The position numbers and the translations under genes are program-made. A DNA stretch of 32,878 nucleotides, from the IMG/VR virus record IMGVR_UViG_3300032233_001613, positions 1-32,878 of that record; one strand, written 5' to 3'. This DNA is from a virus. Lineage: Duplodnaviria > Caudoviricetes. Shown piece after piece: positions 10,501 through 18,845 of the stretch (position 1 is the first letter of the stretch; each line of letters opens with the position of its first letter). The notes below the pieces were generated by a model. The model was not told the origin of the DNA, made no database searches, and saw only the letters and a program-made list of their open reading frames with translations.

Positions 10501-10782
10501 AGCAAGCAACCCGGTCGTCTCATTGTTCGGATAAATGTCTGCCCCGGGCATCGTGTCGTTGACGATTGAGCTACCGGAGCGCTTGCCGACGGCTCCCGTG
10601 AACGGTTCAATCACGACATTGCGCGATGAGTTGGTATCGGTGCCAAGCATAGAGCCGACAATCTGAGAGTTCTGCGCGTAGATTGGGTCAACCGACGAGG
10701 TGTAACCGCCGCCCCAAGGGCCACGAGTCTGGGACAGGATTGCCCCTGTGGTTGCGCCAACTGCGTCGAGGCCTTCGCTCAT
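7561..10782 (-). CDS. Tail nozzle/head-closure protein (tail tubular B or P22 gp10-like) with inserted beta domains
   Basis: ~1073 aa from ATG 10782 (TGATG overlap); beta-rich; directly follows the adaptor; S/T-rich central insertion. Confidence 0.6.
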   Translation of the reverse strand: MSEGLDAVGATTGAILSQTRGPWGGGYTSSVDPIYAQNSQIVGSMLGTDTNSSRNVVIEPFTGAVGKRSGSSIVNDTMPGADIYPNNETTGLLASKWSAKSRKLFAIDSPSVSSGLPLLSVLFGNDSSKRGTIYMASTNSGATPSNALKNYTLLEEFSDGVTYSNDPTTDTGSSKYRLKVVPTFVDSGSGLYNRGATEFTRQFLTCGSRNVIQNQNWLYAPNLYGNPWRWNKRFNESSSVGSETVRMFPTGPWPPLCPPTVVTDPAGASSLHNAPWSEGDTFFVSVVFQFEDGSFSAPYIPRMPNSTVTSGRGFVVLGSPTSVGSQKHYSFIQYENIPIGPEGTTARILLRSPKQNRTAFTDVVTASPLDLRIIAVINNNTQKVYVDTGGDDNSLLEDADVVRLDLVLPRRARYIGTGDQRAIISYTLPNQSAFMISPIGNSAVSPVDWIYPAATDYSLNTHDTDDSAYTATAQYFRIIKTSSGTRYFKLYKVSSSGSATGQVYNLSTYTTLQSLVDGINNLSSLAGYGTWAAQLAPGVDGSISTSMLAPTVQEVSTCVTVNNSTTLTTSGSFDNIPIGAEITNKTDTYAGNIPAGTYVVSKESSTSLTMSAAATSSLASHVCAFYSNTGDEGYITFDSDLTTLPCRTGGFVRAFCFSFPAVAFLNPYKTSDTVRDARTPDKTSVYFTTSSPGAAATGISLAPNAWVAGNRRMPHASPHQIYQRSCMGIVDIEGAAIIAYSDGIHMLANQRGSNTGEDADTRLFTINDTRGCISYLGITAGNGWAAYATHDGIIVTDKSRREFKLSGAIYNRAKNTGDLAYEIGLSMASAAADTDDQQLSLAVLDGTLACAFRSFGFNGQSEEVLLSKICFYDYSPGIEASGAEELVSPEGRITYAWSSPCMYNVDTENCIIGAMGSVHTSTLLSFIAVDSNNGTYDGHVQQINTGTTDNGHSYEGRAIFAPFISSDFSLLQPQAVEASHMTSLGTGTQTRLIFANDQVPTFNYGLDRKLPVNSTIKSRSHKQVIPIDSTQRVSTDMFWAQWNSITDAGENRIWKLALKYREVGNPNSTIAGA

Positions 10783-11549
10783 CAGTCCTCCGTCCACTCA
10801 ACCGAGTCCTGACCCTGACTGGCTGGCGTAGCGGCGTTGTAGTCGAACTCGCGCAGAGACTTGGGAAGCGGGGCAACAATGGCCTGCATGAATGTGGGAT
10901 TCATGTCCGGCTGTCGAGCTGACATCTCGTATGCCAACAGACGGGACACATACTGGGCGTCCGTCGAGGTCAGGTTGGGGATGTTGCTAGCGCTGGCAAG
11001 GTGCATCTTCTCAACGCCCTTGAGCGTCAGGTACTGCGTCCGATTGAGTGCCGGGTAAACCCAGAAGCGCCACTTATCGTAGCCCGTGGCGTTCTCGGTG
11101 GAATCTCCCTCACGCTCAGCGGCCCAATACATCCAGTCCGAGCTGCTGCTAGGGATAGCATCGTCCTGATTGTCGCGCCCAAACTTTGCAATGATTTCTG
11201 GGACGGTGAGACGCTCAAGGTCAGTCGGTAGGCCGTTGGCAAGAACGGTCGCAAGAACGCTGGAGTTCGTCTGGTGTGCAGAAGTGATGCCGTTCAGGTC
11301 AAAGGTCCAATCCGTGGATGTGTTGGTAAGAACGGTGGTAGTACCAGCCGGGAATGTAAGCCCCGTGGTTGACGCAGCAAAATAGCGCGGCTGCACACTA
11401 AAGCAGTGTGCATACCGCGCCAGAATGTCGTTCAACAGCACGAGGGCCTTGGCGTTGCTGATGGCGTAGTTGCCAGCCGCGTCGTCGTCGTTGCAGAAGG
11501 TGCGAGCGAGCGTGATGATTGCGGAACCAGTCAACTGCGTGCTAGCCAT
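10782..11549 (-). CDS. Head-tail adaptor (tail tubular A-like)
   Basis: N-terminal helices (AIITLARTFCNDD...LVLLNDILAR), central beta part, C-terminal helices; position between capsid and nozzle genes. Confidence 0.6.
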   Translation of the reverse strand: MASTQLTGSAIITLARTFCNDDDAAGNYAISNAKALVLLNDILARYAHCFSVQPRYFAASTTGLTFPAGTTTVLTNTSTDWTFDLNGITSAHQTNSSVLATVLANGLPTDLERLTVPEIIAKFGRDNQDDAIPSSSSDWMYWAAEREGDSTENATGYDKWRFWVYPALNRTQYLTLKGVEKMHLASASNIPNLTSTDAQYVSRLLAYEMSARQPDMNPTFMQAIVAPLPKSLREFDYNAATPASQGQDSVEWTED

Positions 11550-11552
11550 AGG

Positions 11553-12137
11553 TCACTCCACTTCGTCGTCAAGAACCCATTCGGTCCCCTGCTTGACCCA
11601 AACATTCCCATCCGGGTCGCGCTGCGGCGACTCGGCCTTGGGGGTGAACAAAGGCGCTGGCTCCCACCCATCATTCCAGACGAAGTCCATCCCGTCTGGA
11701 CCCATCACATAGCGCTCCGCTGCCGTCGCCATGTCGAAGTAGATGGCCGCCGAGCGCCCGCCTCGCCCAACAGGGCGAAGGCCCTTGCGCTTAAGATTGT
11801 CTACATGCTCCTCAAGGATGCTGACAACCTTGCCGTCCTTGCGTGCAACTCGCTCGAACTTCTGCCCGACGTTGAACTCCTCGCCGCGTTCCTTCTTAAC
11901 CTTGCGCGAGCCATTCATCATCTCAAAGGCCCGTTTGGCGTGACTAGGTGGCACATGGGCCACCCAATCACCATTCTTCTTGTATTCGATACTGGCTTTT
12001 GCGTCCCGTCGCAAATCGTCCGGGCCGGGAGCAGCCTTATTCGCTCTTGTCCGCGCTCTTGCGGCTCCGTCGGTTACGCTTGTCCAGCGGCGTGCCTCCG
12101 ACTTCGATACCGAGGGCAGCGGGGAAGGCTTCTCCAC
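11553..12137 (-). CDS. Hypothetical protein
   Basis: Likely GTG start at 12137 with AGGAG 7 nt upstream; overlaps the end of the upstream gene by ~100 nt. Confidence 0.55.
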   Translation of the reverse strand: MEKPSPLPSVSKSEARRWTSVTDGAARARTRANKAAPGPDDLRRDAKASIEYKKNGDWVAHVPPSHAKRAFEMMNGSRKVKKERGEEFNVGQKFERVARKDGKVVSILEEHVDNLKRKGLRPVGRGGRSAAIYFDMATAAERYVMGPDGMDFVWNDGWEPAPLFTPKAESPQRDPDGNVWVKQGTEWVLDDEVE

Positions 12138-12738
12138 GGATTCGCTCCTGTTCCTTGGCGACGACATTGGCGGTAATGAGGTCCGTAGCAAGTTCCTGAT
12201 TCTCGCCGGGGCGCTCAAGAGGACGGACTTCCTTCTCTACAAGCATGTCACCGCGCTGCACATTGGGGTAGTGGTACTCGCCCTCGCGCGCAGGAACGCG
12301 AACCTGCACATCGGTTTCCGGGTCAATGAAGGTCTTGATGTAAAGGCCCTCGACCTTTTCGTAGGTTTCACCCTCGTCGGCAATAACGCGAACGGCACCG
12401 CGATTGTCCTCAATGTCCGAGATTCGCGGGACCATACGGAAACATGCGGACTCCCACCGGCGAATAGGCTTGCCCGGCATAGCGACCTCAAACGCATGGC
12501 ACCGGGGGCCGCCGCCTTCGCTGTATTCCTTGCCCTTGTACGACAGCGGGCAGATGTTGAAGAACTCACACCCACGGTTCACGCCACGAACAGGCTTGCT
12601 ACACGTCGAGAATACCGCAGGGTCAAGCCCAAGCTCCTCCAACTCACCCTTCGTTCCAACGGGATAATCCGGAACATGCTCCGGGATACCGTTCTTTCGA
12701 TTCTCGGGGTTGAAGGTCAACTTCTGTTCGACGGGCAC
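12037..12738 (-). CDS. Cys-rich hypothetical protein (possible metal binding)
   Basis: GGAGG SD then GTG 12738; TCSKP...GCEFFNICPL...RCH...AC. Confidence 0.65.
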   Translation of the reverse strand: MPVEQKLTFNPENRKNGIPEHVPDYPVGTKGELEELGLDPAVFSTCSKPVRGVNRGCEFFNICPLSYKGKEYSEGGGPRCHAFEVAMPGKPIRRWESACFRMVPRISDIEDNRGAVRVIADEGETYEKVEGLYIKTFIDPETDVQVRVPAREGEYHYPNVQRGDMLVEKEVRPLERPGENQELATDLITANVVAKEQERIRGEAFPAALGIEVGGTPLDKRNRRSRKSADKSE

Positions 12739-12754
12739 GAATACCTCCAAGTTG

Positions 12755-12786
12755 AGGGTGGGGCGGGCCCGTGACCCGCCCCATCC
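12755..12786 (-). terminator. GC-rich hairpin after the major capsid gene (attenuator or mRNA stabiliser)
   Basis: GGATGGGGCGGG-TCACGGG-CCCGCCCCACCC on the minus strand just after the TAGTAG stop; no strong U-tract. Confidence 0.5.
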
Positions 12787-12795
12787 AGTTCGCTA

Positions 12796-13653
12796 CTAGG
12801 TGATGTTGATGCTGACGATGCTGCTATCGTACCACTCCGCAGCGCCGAACTCGGTGTAGCAAATGAACCGCTGCACGAGGCCGTCCATCTGCGACTCAAG
12901 CATCTTCGGCTTCTGGTTCCAGCCGAGCGCCCACGCATCCTGAATCATAAGCGGACAATACTTCGTACCCGTCTGGTTCAGGACAAGGCCCGACTCTTCG
13001 ATGTTGGCACCATAGGTGGTGACAAGCTGACCCGAGGTGGCCGAACCAGCCGAACCACGAATCTGGTACTCCTTGAGGGCCGAGATATTGAGCGCCTGCG
13101 CCAGAACATCCGGGTGGAGGACGATGTTGTACGGAGTCTTGCCGATACGGAACTTGCGCTTCGCGTTCTTGGCGAGCTTGGCAACAGCCGAACGCCAAGT
13201 CGCGTCGTCGAACGCCGCACCAGTCTCAACAAGCGAGGCGCTGGCGGCAAGGGCAAGCAGCGTGCTATCAATCTTCTCGTCGAGAGACGAGAGCATCTGC
13301 TTGCGCCACGCCGAGATGGCGTTACCGTCATCGATAATCTGGTTCAACGTGTCGGGGTTAAGCTCGATACCAGCGTAATACGCCGTCGGCGTAACCGTGA
13401 CTTCGGCCTCAGTGTTCGTCGAGTAGGTCAGATTGTCAGAGGCAAGGTGGGAGCTGGCCGACGCAGTCTGGGCCGTAATGGGCGCAATCTTGCGAAGGTG
13501 GAGCTTCTTGCCAATCTTCTGGACGCCAACGGGTTCCGCGACGAGAGGGGCAACAATCGCCTCCTCCATCGGGTCGAGCGCGAACTGGCTATCCCACACT
13601 TCCTTCAGGATAGACGCAGCTTCGGTGCTGGTGCGAATACTAGCGTGAGCCAT
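12796..13653 (-). CDS. Major capsid protein (HK97 fold)
   Basis: 285 aa after portal and scaffold; LKEVWDSQF start, spine-helix-like WRKQMLSSLDEKIDSTLL, IVLHPD, GQLVTTYGANIEES, TEFGAAEW; AAGGAG SD. Confidence 0.8.
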   Translation of the reverse strand: MAHASIRTSTEAASILKEVWDSQFALDPMEEAIVAPLVAEPVGVQKIGKKLHLRKIAPITAQTASASSHLASDNLTYSTNTEAEVTVTPTAYYAGIELNPDTLNQIIDDGNAISAWRKQMLSSLDEKIDSTLLALAASASLVETGAAFDDATWRSAVAKLAKNAKRKFRIGKTPYNIVLHPDVLAQALNISALKEYQIRGSAGSATSGQLVTTYGANIEESGLVLNQTGTKYCPLMIQDAWALGWNQKPKMLESQMDGLVQRFICYTEFGAAEWYDSSIVSINIT

Positions 13654-13679
13654 AACTAATCTCCTTTATAGCGAGATTC

Positions 13680-14378
13680 CTACCGATTGTAGTCGGGGCG
13701 GATTTCGCCGGAATCCCACTTGGCCCGCAGTTCACGAGCCGACGAACCACCTCGCTTGAGGGTGCTCGCCATCTCAGACCACGGGACTGATTCACTCTTT
13801 GGAGAGCCAGCATCGGCAGCGGGGAATGCGGACGATGGGGATGCACCGTTCGACACCCGCGACTTCAGCCGCTCGTTCTCGTTCTGGAGTTCGGCCAAAC
13901 GCTTCTGGTACGAGGCCGATTCGGGGTCGGTCACGATGTCAAGTGCGCTCTGCACCGGCATCTGATACCCGGAGTTCCGAACCAGCGTCGCAACCTTCTG
14001 ACGTTTGTTATCAGGCACATTCAAGAGTTCGCCGATGAGCCATTGTTCCGCTCGGGCCTTCGCAGATTCCTGCATCGCCAACAGAGCGGCACGGGAGGCT
14101 GGGTCGTAAGAAGCCTGCTCTTGCAGTTGCTGGACAAGCTCAGCGGTCGGGTCGGTGGCCGCCTGAACACTACCGCTATACGCAACTCGTTCCATTTCCG
14201 CAAGGCGCTGCTCTACGGCCTGCTTCTCGGCCTCTAGCTTGTTATATGCCTCTGCCTTTTCCTTCCACTTGAGTGCCTCCTGCCACTTCTGCTCGCTGCC
14301 GTCCTGACCGTTGCCCTGCTTCGCAGCCTCGTTGGCTGATGCGGGGGTAGCCTCAGGCGTCCCAGACTGGTCACTCAC
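13680..14378 (-). CDS. Capsid scaffolding protein
   Basis: Acidic disordered N-terminus, coiled coils, located between portal and capsid genes. Confidence 0.7.
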   Translation of the reverse strand: MSDQSGTPEATPASANEAAKQGNGQDGSEQKWQEALKWKEKAEAYNKLEAEKQAVEQRLAEMERVAYSGSVQAATDPTAELVQQLQEQASYDPASRAALLAMQESAKARAEQWLIGELLNVPDNKRQKVATLVRNSGYQMPVQSALDIVTDPESASYQKRLAELQNENERLKSRVSNGASPSSAFPAADAGSPKSESVPWSEMASTLKRGGSSARELRAKWDSGEIRPDYNR

Positions 14379-16303
14379 GATGGAATACTCCCTTCAACTG
14401 GTGGTTGTGCCGGGGGACCGCCCGGCGGCGGGCCTTCAGGGGGAGGCCCACTGGGGCCGCCCTGCGGCGTTGCAGGCGCACCGGGAGGAGGCGGAGGAGG
14501 CTGACTCATAGCCTCCGACAGCGCACTCACGGCAGCCTGCGACATCCCTGCCTCCTTTGCCAGAACAGAAATCACGGCAGGAGGAAGATTCATGCCCTGA
14601 ACCTGACCGAAGAACTGCGCGATGGCCTGCGCACGGTCAACATCCTGCTGACGCCAGTCGCGGTTCGCGGTCACAGAAACATTCATAGGCGTCAGGTCAG
14701 AACCTCGGACACTGGCATATGCAACATCGCCGGAGTCCGTAATCCAAGAAATCGTCTGGTCGCCCATGTACGCACGGTACAGGTCAACGACGACGCGGGC
14801 ACCGATGCTCTCCTGAAGCGCCATGTCCTGCATGTGGAGCTGAACAGGAAGGTCGCCCTGCTGCTGGAGAGCGTTGACAGTACCAACCGCAATGTCCTTG
14901 CTGCGGTCTGGGCCAAGCGCGATGTCGCCCGTGCCGATGTGCTGCCACTGCTGCTCAATCATGTTGCGGAAGCCCGGCATGGACGAATTCATTCCGGGGG
15001 CTTGGAAGAACTTCGTCATCTCCGCAGTCAGCGGGTCGTCCACCCACGCAAGGTCAATAGGTGCGCCCGTGAACTTGAACTGGTTGCCCTCGCTGTCCTT
15101 GAGCGAACCGAGCTTCGACATGAGGATGCCGCCAGCAAGCGACATCTGCTCCCAAGTAGACCGGAAAGTAGAGTTGTCTACAACGGTCAGCGTCTTGGTG
15201 GCCTCGGTGTCGGAGATACCATCCCGGCGAAGGGGGTGCTTGTAACAGCCGAGTTCCATGTAAGGAAATGCAGAAAGATGGGCGTCAGGGAACAAAGCTC
15301 CTTCGGTCCAACTACCCTCGAACATGACCGTATTGGTCCCGTCGAACGGGGCGATGACCGCGAAATAGCCCTCTGGGTACTGGAGGAAAGACCCTTCCTC
15401 GTCCTTGGTCGTGATGAGGCGCATTTCGACTTGGCCATTCATCACCTCGGGCGGGACAGAGTTCGCCTCGTCATACGGAATCTTCTTGCCGGTACTCACA
15501 TCGAGCCAGTACCAGTCCTTCTGCGGAAGGTCCATGCTGACCTTCTTGGCAGCCTTTTTCGCAAACGGGTCGTCCCGGTAGTAGCACTTGAGGACGGTTA
15601 CGATGCCGTCGTCCGGGTCAAGGGCGTCCATCCAGTCGCGGTTGGTGTCGCCGCTGTAGGTATCAATGCGCGAGGTGTCTTTCTGCGAGCCGTCCCCGTG
15701 GTCGGGCTTCCAGTTGTCCGGAGTGATGCCCTTGGGGACATTCCACCCACGCGAGCGCATAGCCTCAAGCGCGGAAAGACGCATTGGAACCTGTTCGATG
15801 ACAAACGGGTTCAGGGGGGAATGCAAGAATGTCTGGCCCGGAGCGATGTGCAGGTAGCGTGGGTCAACAAATCGGAACACGATACCATGACGCTGGTCCC
15901 AATCAATCGCAACGGTCCCGCGACCTCCGGCAAGCGCCGACCAAACCATGCGCGAGCGGACATCGTGGTAAGCCTTGAGCGGGTCGTGGAAGGTGTTACG
16001 CAGGAGCCTAGCAGTAACCTCGGCAGCAGCCGCGTCCGCCGTGGGCTGGACGGCGTGAGCGTCGAACTCCGGCATCTGGCGGAGCAGAAGGCTGGCCTTG
16101 TGCCGGATGAGGTTCAACTGTCGCTGCGTCGTCGGCTGGATGCGCCGTTTGTCCTTGGTGAACCCCTCGCTCGTGCGGTAGTGCTCAAGGTCAAGACAGA
16201 ACGCCAGAAGACGACCATACAGGTCGTTGCGCGGCTGCCAGAACCGCGACGAGTTCTGCCATGCGCGAGTGAGCTTGTCGTGAACCTTATTGTTACTTGC
16301 CAC
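14375..16303 (-). CDS. Portal protein (P22-like)
   Basis: 642 aa; SALAGGRGTVAIDWD, RFVDPRYL, IAVGTVNALQQQG and Pro-rich C-terminus; follows terminase. Confidence 0.82.
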   Translation of the reverse strand: MASNNKVHDKLTRAWQNSSRFWQPRNDLYGRLLAFCLDLEHYRTSEGFTKDKRRIQPTTQRQLNLIRHKASLLLRQMPEFDAHAVQPTADAAAAEVTARLLRNTFHDPLKAYHDVRSRMVWSALAGGRGTVAIDWDQRHGIVFRFVDPRYLHIAPGQTFLHSPLNPFVIEQVPMRLSALEAMRSRGWNVPKGITPDNWKPDHGDGSQKDTSRIDTYSGDTNRDWMDALDPDDGIVTVLKCYYRDDPFAKKAAKKVSMDLPQKDWYWLDVSTGKKIPYDEANSVPPEVMNGQVEMRLITTKDEEGSFLQYPEGYFAVIAPFDGTNTVMFEGSWTEGALFPDAHLSAFPYMELGCYKHPLRRDGISDTEATKTLTVVDNSTFRSTWEQMSLAGGILMSKLGSLKDSEGNQFKFTGAPIDLAWVDDPLTAEMTKFFQAPGMNSSMPGFRNMIEQQWQHIGTGDIALGPDRSKDIAVGTVNALQQQGDLPVQLHMQDMALQESIGARVVVDLYRAYMGDQTISWITDSGDVAYASVRGSDLTPMNVSVTANRDWRQQDVDRAQAIAQFFGQVQGMNLPPAVISVLAKEAGMSQAAVSALSEAMSQPPPPPPGAPATPQGGPSGPPPEGPPPGGPPAQPPVEGSIPS

Positions 16304-16445
16304 GCTTCACCCGGAGAGCCTCAGAAAGCGCGATGGCAATGGCCTGCTTGCGGCTCTTGACGGCAGGACCACGCTTGGAACCACTATGCAAAGTGCCGGT
16401 CTTGAACTCGTGCATCACCTTCTCAACCTTGCTCTTTCGCTTCAT
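16293..16445 (-). CDS. Small basic protein (DUF6496-like)
   Basis: MKRKSKVEKVMHEFKTGTLHSGSKRGPAVKSRKQAIAIALSEA is a pattern I recognise from a widespread phage family; AGGAGG SD. Confidence 0.75.
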   Translation of the reverse strand: MKRKSKVEKVMHEFKTGTLHSGSKRGPAVKSRKQAIAIALSEALRVKRGK

Positions 16446-16467
16446 GGCTCCTCCTGTGATGGCGGGT

Positions 16468-16493
16468 GGGGGCCAGCCGAAATGCTGGCCCCC
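16468..16493. other. 10-bp GC hairpin downstream of the exported-protein gene
   Basis: GGGGGCCAGC-CGAAAT-GCTGGCCCCC. Confidence 0.5.
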
Positions 16494-16522
16494 TGCGGCC
16501 AAGTGCCGCGTCACCCGCGATG

Positions 16523-17212
16523 TTACGGCTGGACGGCCTGCAAATGTCCAATCTTCGCCGCAACCTTATAACCAGCGGCATCGTGATACGCGAGGATGAA
16601 TCGCACATACGGCCAGAGATGCAGCGAGCCGGTGCTGATAGCCTCGTTAGGGACGGCAGCACGAACCTTGAAACGGTAGAACCATACGGGCTTGCCATTG
16701 GCAACGGTAGCGCCGTTGGCACTAAGCAGGTCCGTGAACGCGCCGTTGATGATGGTCTGGTTGTTGCGCGACGCGATGATATTCGTGTTGGCGTTCAGGT
16801 TCTGGTTGCTGACAGCCGCGGCCGTCACCCAAGTAGCGCCATCCACCGAAACCTGAGCAGCGACAGCAAGCGAGTCCGCGCCGCTCTGGCAATCGTCCGT
16901 ACCCGGAGCGTCATAGACGCACAGCGTCGCAAACACACCGCTGGTGTCCGAAGCCGCCTGATTCATCGGGACAATCCAGCCCTCGGTGGCAATAGCCGCA
17001 GTAGTATCGAAGACGCTCGACGCGAAAGTAGCGCCTACCGTAAACGCGGTGAGCGAATCAACATACCCCGACGCTTCGGTAGCGGCAGAGGTGCGGAAGT
17101 AAACATTGTCATACTTCATGAACGCGCCAGCAACCGTGCCAACGGCGAAGGCGTTCGACGCCATAACGGTGACGCCGATGGCGCACAGAACAGCAGCAAG
17201 AATCTTCTTCAT
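16523..17212 (-). CDS. Sec-exported beta-rich protein
   Basis: AGGAGG SD then ATG 17212; signal peptide MKKILAAVLCAIGVTVMASNAFA; QVSVDGATW and WPYVRF beta-sandwich-like motifs. Confidence 0.75.
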   Translation of the reverse strand: MKKILAAVLCAIGVTVMASNAFAVGTVAGAFMKYDNVYFRTSAATEASGYVDSLTAFTVGATFASSVFDTTAAIATEGWIVPMNQAASDTSGVFATLCVYDAPGTDDCQSGADSLAVAAQVSVDGATWVTAAAVSNQNLNANTNIIASRNNQTIINGAFTDLLSANGATVANGKPVWFYRFKVRAAVPNEAISTGSLHLWPYVRFILAYHDAAGYKVAAKIGHLQAVQP

Positions 17213-17291
17213 CTGGAGGTTCCTCCTGTTAGTGAAAGCCACGCTGGCCGGGCGCGGCCGTGTCGGGCCACCGACGCGGCGTGTAGTAACA

Positions 17292-18845
17292 CTAAATGGA
17301 AAACGGGTCAACCGCCGAATCCTGTCCGGGAACAATCAACTTGTGTTTAGCGAGAAACATCTCGCCGTCAGTTTTCTCCATTGACTTTGGCTTCTCGTAC
17401 AATGGCAGGGTTTCAAGCAGGTGGCAGGCAAGACCGAGAACAATCATGTCCTCGTCGTGCGCCCCTGCACCAGCCTCGATGCGGCCGTTGCGATTTACCA
17501 CAACATCGCCAAGAGAGTCGCACCCTTGCTGGCTCCAGAACAACAATCCGTCCTCGACGATGGCCTTCTGCAAAGCGCCGATGATTGTTCCACGAGTCGT
17601 GGCGGTAGTAAGCCAGCCAATCCGTTGCGACAGCGGAACATGCAGCGAGTCCCGGTGATGCTCGATGTAGACATTGCCGTACCGGTCGCAGCCCTCGTAG
17701 AACGACTCGCCGTATCCAGAGTTGCGCTCCCAGACGAGCATTGCGTTGTTATATTGCGTTGCAAGATGGCGACTTAAGCGCCCAAGCTCGTAGGCCGGGA
17801 TGTAACCGTTGTACCGGACGAACACCTCTTTGCTCTTGCGGCCGACGACGATTACCTCGCACGGGTCGTGCTCTCCGGCCTCGTCCCAGATTCCGGCTGA
17901 CGGGTCGGCGATGACGAAATAGGACTCGTCGGGATTAGGGTCGCACCAAGACTCGTAGACGACTGCCGTACCGGTACGAGTAACCCACTTCTTTTCAACC
18001 CCTGTACGGCATCTTTCCGACCATCGCCTCAGGCCATCTTGGTCAAATGGGTTAGTCCCGGTCAGGTCAACATAGTCTCCGTACAGCTTGGCCTTCTGGA
18101 GTGGGCCTCGGGAATCCTGTTCGATGGCTTTCTTGTGCTCGTCAGACAAAGCCTTGTTGTCGAACACGGACATCGTCAACTCAATCTTGCCGTCCTTGCC
18201 GTCGGGGCCGCCGCACCCCTTGAAGTCGTCGCGCAGCGGACGCCACTCGCGCTTATCAATGGGCGTAGCCGTGATGAATCGAACGAAATGACGGTTGGCC
18301 TTGCCTCGCATACGAAGCTCGACCCACATATTCCAGTCCGGCGGCTCGTCCGCGTGAGCCCAATCGAGTCGCATACCAGCCACCGACTGGCCTCCCTCGA
18401 CGAAGAACCGAATGCAGGACCATTGACGCCAGTCGTCGTCAGTCGAACGGTTGGGCTTTACCCAAATCGCCTCGATGGCTGTACCATTTCGCTCGATGTG
18501 GTGGGGCCAATGTCCAATGGCCTCCTGATACTTGCGAATCACGCTTTCCTTTGCCATAGCGCGACCCTTCGCAAGCACGACACCAGTATTTGGCGTGCCC
18601 AGCATGGGAAGCGGAACGCCGTCAATCTCCACAAAGCCGCGAGCAAGGGCCACCCCACAGAACGCGCCAATGGTCGTCTTACCGGCCTGATTTCCAGAAC
18701 GCAGGTAAATCTCCCGGAACTTTGCGAGACTACCCGCGAACCGTCGCTGCGCATCACTCTTGAACCTGAAGTGCGTTACGGGGTCGGCCTTGAAAGAGGC
18801 CAACCCCGATTCGGCTGTAAGAAAAACTGACGGGTCAAAGTTCAC
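17292..18845 (-). CDS. terL: Terminase large subunit
   Basis: Walker A SGNQAGKT, Walker B AHADEP, motif III TATP, RNase H-like nuclease acidic motifs IADPSAG and HDEDMIV. Confidence 0.92.
   Translation of the reverse strand: MNFDPSVFLTAESGLASFKADPVTHFRFKSDAQRRFAGSLAKFREIYLRSGNQAGKTTIGAFCGVALARGFVEIDGVPLPMLGTPNTGVVLAKGRAMAKESVIRKYQEAIGHWPHHIERNGTAIEAIWVKPNRSTDDDWRQWSCIRFFVEGGQSVAGMRLDWAHADEPPDWNMWVELRMRGKANRHFVRFITATPIDKREWRPLRDDFKGCGGPDGKDGKIELTMSVFDNKALSDEHKKAIEQDSRGPLQKAKLYGDYVDLTGTNPFDQDGLRRWSERCRTGVEKKWVTRTGTAVVYESWCDPNPDESYFVIADPSAGIWDEAGEHDPCEVIVVGRKSKEVFVRYNGYIPAYELGRLSRHLATQYNNAMLVWERNSGYGESFYEGCDRYGNVYIEHHRDSLHVPLSQRIGWLTTATTRGTIIGALQKAIVEDGLLFWSQQGCDSLGDVVVNRNGRIEAGAGAHDEDMIVLGLACHLLETLPLYEKPKSMEKTDGEMFLAKHKLIVPGQDSAVDPFSI

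Noticed and set aside
14405-16360. 651-aa plus-strand ORF
   Set aside because: Antisense shadow of the portal gene; no SD or motifs, typical of high-GC codon bias.
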